Of a stretch of DNA of 14,369 nt, positions 1 through 6,378 are shown in pieces. Position 1 is the stretch's first letter. Each line of letters opens with the position of its first letter. Made by a program: the position numbers and the translations under genes. Origin of the DNA: a virus; the UHGV virus genome UHGV-0126033. One strand, written 5' to 3'. The notes below the pieces were generated by a model. That model saw only the letters and a program-made list of their open reading frames with translations, had not been told where the DNA came from and ran no database searches.

Positions 1-815
1 AGTCCACGACACATCGCCCCGTCAGCTTGCGCTGGGAGCTGTGCAGGTAGGTCCTGCTCCTGGTCTACACGAGACTGGTTGGATACCCCAGCATAAGTAT
101 CGCCAGCGTCGGAGGATACCACACAGTTGCTCAACCCATAGAAGAACAAGTATGCGCCGCGTACGCTAACGTTCCCAGCTGGCAATCCATTCGCTACAAG
201 AGAGTCTCGCAGCTGCTGAGCAACGTAGGCACCTGATACCTCCTCAGCGTTACCACTGGTACTGCCAGCAGCTGGGGCGGTGTAGTCCCCGGAGTAATCT
301 ACCCCGGCAGATGTAACAGTGATGTTCCAGCGTTTCTGGAATGCTGCAGATTTAACGTAGAAGAACCCAGTGGTGCCTGGGTCAATACGCCCCGTATTGT
401 CCACGGTTGTGTTCGGGGCCATCTCCGTATTCAGGATATAAGTCAGTCCAGCAATACTCGCGGTCTGCAAAGAGGTCTGACCCACGGTGGTAATAAAGTA
501 CGGGTCGTTTCCGGAGTTAAGGATGGTCTTTCCATTCTTAGCCAGTAACCACCAGTTACCGTTGCTGGTGTTAATCAGCAGGTGCCTGCCGTCAGTTCCA
601 CGCTCTACGTATTCAGTGAACAGGGAATCAAGCCCTGGACTATCAATCGTGCTTTCCCAGACAATCTCACCAGGAGGTCTGCGGCGGATACCGGAAACCG
701 GGTCGCTGAGCATGTTCAGCTGCGCCCCCAGTTGTCCTGGTTGGCGCTCTCTCGGAACCTGTTGGGAAACCCCCTGCAGCAAGCTCTGAATAGTACCTTC
801 TAATGATTGCGCCAT
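1..815 (-). CDS. Tail tubular protein B (T7 gp12-like), N-terminal part; gene continues past the window start
   Basis: Minus-strand ATG at 813-815 preceded by AAGGAGAGG. My translation begins MAQSLEGTIQSLLQGVSQQVPRERQPGQLGAQLNMLSDPVSGIRRRPPGEIVW, which resembles the T7 gp12 N-terminus (GISQQP, RPP) as I recall it. Frame stays open over the roughly 275 nt I translated by hand. Sits directly after the gp11-like gene as in T7-like phages. Confidence 0.8.
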   Translation of the reverse strand, partial: MAQSLEGTIQSLLQGVSQQVPRERQPGQLGAQLNMLSDPVSGIRRRPPGEIVWESTIDSPGLDSLFTEYVERGTDGRHLLINTSNGNWWLLAKNGKTILNSGNDPYFITTVGQTSLQTASIAGLTYILNTEMAPNTTVDNTGRIDPGTTGFFYVKSAAFQKRWNITVTSAGVDYSGDYTAPAAGSTSGNAEEVSGAYVAQQLRDSLVANGLPAGNVSVRGAYLFFYGLSNCVVSSDAGDTYAGVSNQSRVDQEQDLPAQLPAQADGAMCRG

Positions 816-824
816 AACCTCTCC

Positions 825-1385
825 TTAAACCATAAAACGAGCGCGGCGGATTCTGCGTGCAAAGCGTGTCTTGCTGGTGCTGAACCTTTGGTTGCGCAGA
901 TGCTCACGCAGCACCATGCTCTTGTAGCGCTCAGCTTCCTGTGCGTAATTAGCGTAGTTGCTATCGCCGCCCAGGTCGTTGAGGTACACCTGTGCAGTGG
1001 TATAGTTAGCCACCCACATAGCTGCATGCTCCGGCAGGTCCTCAAAGTCCAAGTCAAGGACTATTTTGAGCTTAACGGAGCTGTCGAAGTATTGGTTCTG
1101 CTCCATCAGGTCGTACAGGTTCCCATCACGCACCCCGTACTTGGAGTCAGAGCCAGCATCGTACACAGCCAACTGGTTCCACGGCACTTTGATAAAACCG
1201 TCAGCAGTGGGAGCAACTTCACGCTCTACCACGTTAAACCAGAATCCTGTGCTGAGTAACCCGCGACGATTGCGCGCAAGCGCAGAGCGAGCTAACCCCG
1301 CACTGGGGTTACTGGTGTTGATGTCCATAACGCGAGACTCCCCCAGGGCTTCAAGCGTCAGGTTCACAGCATCTAATTCTCTCAT
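825..1385 (-). CDS. Tail tubular protein A (T7 gp11-like)
   Basis: Track ORF 825..1460, but the likely start is the ATG at 1383-1385 (MRELDAVNLTLEALGESRV...) with AGAGGA upstream. The longer version would run through the terminator hairpin. Overall resemblance to T7 gp11 from memory (N-terminal A-V-N-x-x-L-x-x-IGE pattern, similar length). Stop TAA at 825-827. Confidence 0.8.
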   Translation of the reverse strand: MRELDAVNLTLEALGESRVMDINTSNPSAGLARSALARNRRGLLSTGFWFNVVEREVAPTADGFIKVPWNQLAVYDAGSDSKYGVRDGNLYDLMEQNQYFDSSVKLKIVLDLDFEDLPEHAAMWVANYTTAQVYLNDLGGDSNYANYAQEAERYKSMVLREHLRNQRFSTSKTRFARRIRRARFMV

Positions 1386-1430
1386 ATTTGTTCCTCTATT
1401 AAAGACCCCTTGGACCCTTAAGACAGGGAC

Positions 1431-1467
1431 AAAAAAAAAGCCCCTGGCACCCGAAGGCACCAGGGGC
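1431..1467 (-). terminator. Rho-independent terminator between the capsid-distal small ORF and the tail tubular genes (T-phi-like position)
   Basis: Minus-strand RNA reads GCCCCUGGUGCC-UUCG-GGUGCCAGGGGC followed by nine U. That is a 12-bp GC-rich stem (two G-U pairs), a UUCG tetraloop and a U9 tract, directly seen in the sequence. Confidence 0.8.
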
Positions 1468-1472
1468 GCGTA

Positions 1473-1655
1473 CTACTCTTCCGTAGTATCAGCGGCTACG
1501 TCAACCGCCTTACGGGTTTTCTTGGTAGCCTTGCGGCCAGACTCGACCGAAGCCACCTGGATGTTCTTCGCTACATCGGTGGCGGCCTTAACCGCCTCCC
1601 GCTGAGCTGCATTGGCCTGGAGAGTCTCCAGACCGAACGTAGCAATTACTGCCAT
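1473..1655 (-). CDS. Hypothetical small protein (60 aa, Lys/Ala-rich) immediately after the capsid gene
   Basis: ATG at 1653-1655 with GGAGG five nt upstream. Lies in the -1 frame relative to the capsid gene and is followed by the terminator. No recognisable motif. Confidence 0.55.
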   Translation of the reverse strand: MAVIATFGLETLQANAAQREAVKAATDVAKNIQVASVESGRKATKKTRKAVDVAADTTEE

Positions 1656-1666
1656 TGAACCTCCAA

Positions 1667-2686
1667 TTAGGGCTTGGTGGTGAAGGTGAACTTGGTCACT
1701 GCAGCGGTGTCCGGACGGCGCAGGCCGATGTTGTACATCGCGTAGCAGTCCAGCACGTTGCTGAACTCGCGCTCATCATCCCAGATACGGGAGGTGAACG
1801 GCTTAGCTTCAACAGTCACCAGGGTCTTGGACTTGCTGAAAGTCACCATACGGCACAGCGCGTCGTCAGAGGTGACGGTGTAAGCAGAGCCCAACGGGTG
1901 CGTACCGGCAGCGGTCGGGAACTCGGTGCACTCTACCACAGGCACGCCGTTCATCTTCACTACACGGCGGTCTTTGTAACCGTCGTTGTTGGATGCACCG
2001 AAGTCCAGGTTCAGGAGCTTCGGATGCTCCAGCAGACGCGAATAGGTATCGACATCCACCAGGGTAATCATGTCCGCCAGCGGGGTCTTGCGCTTGATGA
2101 GTTCATCGATACCAGCCTTGTGGGCCAGGTTGATGTTCATAGCGTTCGCCTCCATCTCAGCCTGGGTCAGCTGCGTGGCGGTGGTGGTACCCGGAACCAG
2201 GACGGCTGCGCCCACCTCGATACCGTCATTGAATGCTGGTTTCAGGTGCGCCGGAGCAACCCAGGAGCGGCCCTTGATGAGCTGAATCAGGTGCGCCTGG
2301 TCGAAGGTCTCCGCGAACTCAGAGCCGTTGTTCTGACCCATCTCGGTCAGGAAGTCCGGACCGGTCCAGTCATCCTGGTAGTCAATCGGGTTACGGATAT
2401 ACAGCACCGTATCCACCACGATAATCATCTTATCGTTACGGACCGGGGTGCTATCCAGCGCCTCACCGGAGCGACGACCTTTCACCGAGGAGGTGTTCAG
2501 GCGGTCAATACGGTAGGTGTTGGAACCACTGATAGAGCGCTGGCTGGAGAGGCCCAGGAACAGAGCCTGGTACTGGAAGCGGGTGTCGACTTCATTCTGG
2601 TACACTTCCAGGTGAATATCGACGTCAGACGCCGCGCCTGCCCAGTGGGCTCTTGTCAAGTTAGCTTTATAGATGGTATCGGCCAT
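1667..2686 (-). CDS. Major capsid protein (T7 gp10A-like)
   Basis: 339 aa, ATG at 2684-2686 with AAGGAAAG upstream. C-terminal YAMYNIGLRRPDTAAV resembles the T7 gp10A C-terminus (AKYAMGHGGLRPEAAGAV) as I recall it. Position after the scaffold gene and similar length to T7 10A (345 aa). Confidence 0.88.
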   Translation of the reverse strand: MADTIYKANLTRAHWAGAASDVDIHLEVYQNEVDTRFQYQALFLGLSSQRSISGSNTYRIDRLNTSSVKGRRSGEALDSTPVRNDKMIIVVDTVLYIRNPIDYQDDWTGPDFLTEMGQNNGSEFAETFDQAHLIQLIKGRSWVAPAHLKPAFNDGIEVGAAVLVPGTTTATQLTQAEMEANAMNINLAHKAGIDELIKRKTPLADMITLVDVDTYSRLLEHPKLLNLDFGASNNDGYKDRRVVKMNGVPVVECTEFPTAAGTHPLGSAYTVTSDDALCRMVTFSKSKTLVTVEAKPFTSRIWDDEREFSNVLDCYAMYNIGLRRPDTAAVTKFTFTTKP

Positions 2687-2698
2687 ATTCTACTTTCC

Positions 2699-3175
2699 TT
2701 ATTTAAGTACATTAACAGATGCATAAGCATGCATCTTTGCTTTAGCTTTCAGGTAGGCATCTCGCGCTGCGTGTTCGCAGTCAAAGTGCCCGAGGTGTGT
2801 TGTCTTACCATTTAGCTGTATGTAGGCCCGCCACTTGTTAGCTCGGGAATCCCAACAATAGCCTTTCCACACAGAGTTCTGAGCGTTACCTGATTTGTCA
2901 ACTAGGCGCAGGTTCTCAATTCTATTGTCTGCTTTATCCAGATTAATGTGGTCCACCATCAACCCTTGGGGTATATCCCCGTGATGCATGAACCAAACAA
3001 GCCGGTGTGCATACTCTCTCACCCGTCCCGCTGCCCCGCGGTCCCAGGTCACGCGGCGGTATCCCCAGTTATTCTGGTAGGTATCACCGAAACGACCTGT
3101 GGCCTTGTTAATCAAGCGCCCGTCTTCTGTGTAGGTGTAGCGATTAGCTAGTTCTTGCAAGAGATTAATCTCCAT
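2699..3175 (-). CDS. Free-standing HNH homing endonuclease with AP2-like DNA-binding domain
   Basis: 158 aa. HNH region YAHRLVWFMHHGDIPQGLMVDHINLDKADNRIENLRLV and AP2-like region WDSRANKWRAYIQLNGKTTHLGHFDCEHAARDAY. No clear Shine-Dalgarno; starts 12 nt after the scaffold stop. Confidence 0.85.
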   Translation of the reverse strand: MEINLLQELANRYTYTEDGRLINKATGRFGDTYQNNWGYRRVTWDRGAAGRVREYAHRLVWFMHHGDIPQGLMVDHINLDKADNRIENLRLVDKSGNAQNSVWKGYCWDSRANKWRAYIQLNGKTTHLGHFDCEHAARDAYLKAKAKMHAYASVNVLK

Positions 3176-3187
3176 GATTGGTAAGTA

Positions 3188-4030
3188 TTAGAGACCTACG
3201 CGCTTACCGGCTTCACGGCGTGCGAGCAAATCGTTATAACGTTGACTGAACTGTGGGGATGCCAAGCTACGGTTGCCCGCTTCCTGACGGAGTTTGGTAT
3301 ACTCTGCACGGAAGTCCGCAGCAGATAGTGCATTGTTGCTAGCTACGCCTCGTACCATTGGGTTCTGTGTCTTGATAAGACCCATATCCCGGCAGAAGCC
3401 CGCCACCAACTCGGCGGCCTGCTTAAGCTCGCCTGCGTTAGCGAGTACACGAGCTGCGTTACGCAGAGGTTCCGGAGCCTTGGAATTAAACAGCTGCGCT
3501 GCTACCTCCCAGTTCTCCTTCCCGCCTACAATATCGTAAGCTTCCTGTACTGCTTTGGTGGCTTGGCCAACCTGGTCTTCCAGGTACGCCTTGGCCAGCA
3601 GCTCTGCATAAGCAGCGTGCTCGCCGAAACGTTCCTTAATGAAGGCCGTATCGATTAGGTTAGGGTCCTGGTACTCCAGGGCCTTACCAAGTGCCCGCAC
3701 CATATCAGAGTCAGTTAACCCAGAGACTTTCTGCAACATAGCTACACCGGCGTCAATCGTCGGGTTGCCAGTCTTAGCCAGCTCCTGGGGCTGCTCTTTA
3801 GCGCTATCGCCACCCTTATCCAGGGCCGCTTTTAGGGCTTCGATATCCAGAGGAATCTTAGCAGGGTCAGGGGAATCTTTGCCCTGTTGCTGCTGGGTAG
3901 GTGTCTGTGCATCCTGCACGCCTTGATTGTTCGGGGCGCTAAGGGGAGCACCTAGGCCCGGAATCTTAGGACCACCTTGGTTCTCTACCTGTGTAGTTTC
4001 TACGTTTTGACCGTTTTCTACGTTATCCAT
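3188..4030 (-). CDS. Capsid assembly (scaffolding) protein, T7 gp9-like
   Basis: 280 aa, acidic, Ala/Gln/Glu-rich and low in aromatics. ATG at 4028-4030 with AGAGG upstream. Called by position between portal and capsid and by composition; no specific motif. Confidence 0.65.
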   Translation of the reverse strand: MDNVENGQNVETTQVENQGGPKIPGLGAPLSAPNNQGVQDAQTPTQQQQGKDSPDPAKIPLDIEALKAALDKGGDSAKEQPQELAKTGNPTIDAGVAMLQKVSGLTDSDMVRALGKALEYQDPNLIDTAFIKERFGEHAAYAELLAKAYLEDQVGQATKAVQEAYDIVGGKENWEVAAQLFNSKAPEPLRNAARVLANAGELKQAAELVAGFCRDMGLIKTQNPMVRGVASNNALSAADFRAEYTKLRQEAGNRSLASPQFSQRYNDLLARREAGKRVGL

Positions 4031-4044
4031 CTATGCCTCTGTTG

Positions 4045-5640
4045 TTAACTTGGTAATAAGCCCAGCTGCTTACCTGCTACTGTCGGGTCCGCTGCTGTCA
4101 AGCCCTGGAGTTGGTCCTGTGCTGCACCTGCGGATACATCGGCAGACGCATCTTGAACCTGTTGCTTCTGCTGCAGCTGCTCTTCGGTGTACATGAACGG
4201 CTCGCTGACGATACCATAGGCGTCGAAGTACCAGTCTACACACGCATCCTTGTTGAAGCGCGGAGTAATCTGCTCAAGCACCGGGATAGCCAGCTGCATG
4301 GACTGTGCCGCCTCTAACAGCTTGTCCGCTGCCGCGGCTTTAGCCAGCGCAGAGGTACCTACTGTAACGTTGATGCTCACCACGCCTTCGCTGAGGTACA
4401 ACTTAAAGCGAGGGTACACCAGTGCAGTGTACAGGTACGCCAGCTTACGCAGCCAGGTGTCGCTCAGGATACTGAACCCACCACCCATAGCGGCTTCCGC
4501 CTCTTTGGCGTTCTGGCGAATCTCATAAGCCGTGACACGCTCACCCTGCCGGGAGTTGCCGGTGTACATAAACGCACGAGACAGTTTCTGTTCGAGCATC
4601 TGGATGTTGCTGGCAATCCACTGAATCTTCTGGGCAGAGCCGCCCTCGTAAGCAGTGACAGGAGACTTAGTGTTTCCGTTGGAACCACCGCCGCCCACCT
4701 GCACGGCCTCCCCGGTCTCCGCCGTAGAGAACTCGTCCACATCCAGGCCAGAACTAGAATCTACTAGTGGAATCAGCCGAGAGGCTTCGACCTCGTAGTT
4801 AGTCAGTGCTTCCGACAGTACCGATAATCGGGCAAAGTCCCCAGCGTAGTCCTCTACCAAGCCGCGCCCGTAGTGCTCGCCACTAACAAGGTTCCACACC
4901 AGCACGTTGTAGGGGAGCTCCAGCTCCGGATAGGTGCTGCTGTCCCCGATACGGTGTCCATCGGCTTCTTGATACACCTCGTAGCTTACTACCTCTACGC
5001 CTTCCTCTGTCAGCTTAACTTTGCGACAAGCGGCAGTGTAGATATCAACGTCGCCGTATGGGTCTTTGTCACGGTAGAAGGTGTTCTGGAAATCCTCTGG
5101 CAGGTCCTGGACGCTTGTGCGCTCTCTGATAATGAGTCGCAGGACGTTCCCGCTGCCATCCCTTCGAACGGTAAAGTTACGAACTGAGTAGACGATGGAT
5201 TTACCTGTCCGCTCATCAATATACTCCAACGCGTTACCTGTAACCAGCAGCAGCTTCACAGCTTGCAACTTCGCAGCATAACCGTCTTTCTCAAATACTT
5301 TCTGTGACGCTGTGTTCTCAACCTCAGCCAGCTTAGATTCTGCCGTAGCTGCACTGCCCAGCGAACTAATGAACTCGTCCAGGTCCGAACTCTTGGAGAA
5401 CCGGAAGAAGCTAGTGCCCTGAGGGAACAGTGCCCCTACAATCTTAGTGGCTGCAGTGTTGACCAGCTGCGCGCCGGTGCTCTGGTAGTCACGCTCTAGC
5501 GGTCTGCGTCTACCGTCCAGGGAATCGTCCCGGGTAAAGATAGTGCTGAGCGTCCACTGCGCGAACTTCTCGGAGGCATCCAATACACCTGCGTCCTGGT
5601 CCTTCTTAAAGAGTTCTGCTAATGTTGCTTTTTGTTCCAA
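4045..5640 (-). CDS. Portal (head-tail connector) protein, T7 gp8-like
   Basis: 531 aa (T7 gp8 is 536 aa). N-terminus MEQKATLAE resembles T7 gp8 MAEKRTGLAE as recalled. Apparent TTG start at 5638-5640 with AGGGGG four nt upstream; no in-frame ATG near the 5' end. Confidence 0.75.
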   Translation of the reverse strand: MEQKATLAELFKKDQDAGVLDASEKFAQWTLSTIFTRDDSLDGRRRPLERDYQSTGAQLVNTAATKIVGALFPQGTSFFRFSKSSDLDEFISSLGSAATAESKLAEVENTASQKVFEKDGYAAKLQAVKLLLVTGNALEYIDERTGKSIVYSVRNFTVRRDGSGNVLRLIIRERTSVQDLPEDFQNTFYRDKDPYGDVDIYTAACRKVKLTEEGVEVVSYEVYQEADGHRIGDSSTYPELELPYNVLVWNLVSGEHYGRGLVEDYAGDFARLSVLSEALTNYEVEASRLIPLVDSSSGLDVDEFSTAETGEAVQVGGGGSNGNTKSPVTAYEGGSAQKIQWIASNIQMLEQKLSRAFMYTGNSRQGERVTAYEIRQNAKEAEAAMGGGFSILSDTWLRKLAYLYTALVYPRFKLYLSEGVVSINVTVGTSALAKAAAADKLLEAAQSMQLAIPVLEQITPRFNKDACVDWYFDAYGIVSEPFMYTEEQLQQKQQVQDASADVSAGAAQDQLQGLTAADPTVAGKQLGLLPS

Positions 5641-5649
5641 GCTACCCCC

Positions 5650-5916
5650 TTACAGGCCCAGAGGATTGCTCTGCCCTGCTTGTCGCCGTTTCTTCTGCTC
5701 AGACGTAATTGCATCTGCAGATTCAGAGGCAGCCCCTGCGGGGTCAATCTCAGCAATGTTATCTGCGGCGCTATTAGCCTCTAAGGCAGCCTGTTGTTTA
5801 GCTGCGCTGGCCTGCTGCTCTGCCAAGCGCTGCTGCGCCTCTAATCCTGCGTTGTCAGTAAGGCCGAGCATGTCCGTGGCCTTACCTAACAGCTTACCTA
5901 AATTACCACCACTCAT
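5650..5916 (-). CDS. Hypothetical protein (88 aa, Ala/Gln-rich)
   Basis: ATG at 5914-5916 overlaps the upstream gene stop as ATGA; GAGGT upstream. Lies between RNAP and portal, where phiKMV-like phages carry small genes of unknown function. Confidence 0.5.
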   Translation of the reverse strand: MSGGNLGKLLGKATDMLGLTDNAGLEAQQRLAEQQASAAKQQAALEANSAADNIAEIDPAGAASESADAITSEQKKRRQAGQSNPLGL

Positions 5917-6353
5917 TCTGACCTCACTAAATGATAAGTTGTCTTGTACGTGTTATCCGATGTACTCCGGCTAATGGCTATACGCCCAGCGCGCATGCAT
6001 TTGGCTATTGCGCGCAGGCCTTGCATAATCACAGACACTGCCGCGCCGTTGTCCGGTTTCAATACGAAGAAGTCTGTATACAGCACAGGCTCTACGTAAT
6101 GACAGTCCTCTACAGCCTCTGGGTAGTAGCTGACAGCACCGACTAAGTCGCCTTGGGAGTCATAGACTCCTAGTATATACTGTTTACCCAGTATACTTCC
6201 CAGCACCCTCCAGTAGTGCTGCTCTGGAGCCAGGCCCCGACTAATGCCGTGGCCCAGTTCATGCAGTTGCTTCACTGCGTCCGTAATGTCGTCAGACTTA
6301 TACAGAACTCTGAGAGTGTAGTCGGAAGTTTTACTAGTGTGTTTTAACTTCAT
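5913..6353 (-). CDS. Hypothetical protein (146 aa)
   Basis: ATG at 6351-6353 with AGGAG five nt upstream, 25 nt after the RNAP stop. No confident motif; faint acetyltransferase-like feel is not supported well enough to call. Confidence 0.55.
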   Translation of the reverse strand: MKLKHTSKTSDYTLRVLYKSDDITDAVKQLHELGHGISRGLAPEQHYWRVLGSILGKQYILGVYDSQGDLVGAVSYYPEAVEDCHYVEPVLYTDFFVLKPDNGAAVSVIMQGLRAIAKCMRAGRIAISRSTSDNTYKTTYHLVRSE

Positions 6354-6378
6354 TCCTACTCCTGTAACATTAAATTTT

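Noticed and set aside
825-1460. Full-length 211-aa version of the gp11-like ORF
   Set aside because: The N-terminal 25 codons would be translated through the terminator hairpin and U-tract. The internal ATG at 1385 has a good Shine-Dalgarno and gives a product that aligns from residue 1 with T7 gp11.
807-1605. Plus-strand ORFs 807..1259 and 1066..1605, and other plus-strand ORFs of 60-150 aa across the window
   Set aside because: Each overlaps a well-supported minus-strand gene (gp11-like, RNAP, portal, etc.) in antisense, and none shows a recognisable motif or initiation context.
1655-2815. 386-aa plus-strand ORF
   Set aside because: Entirely antisense to the major capsid gene, which has clear family similarity. 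The translation is Gly/Val/Arg/His-rich low-complexity with no motif and no ribosome-binding site; typical of a spurious antisense ORF in moderately GC-rich DNA.
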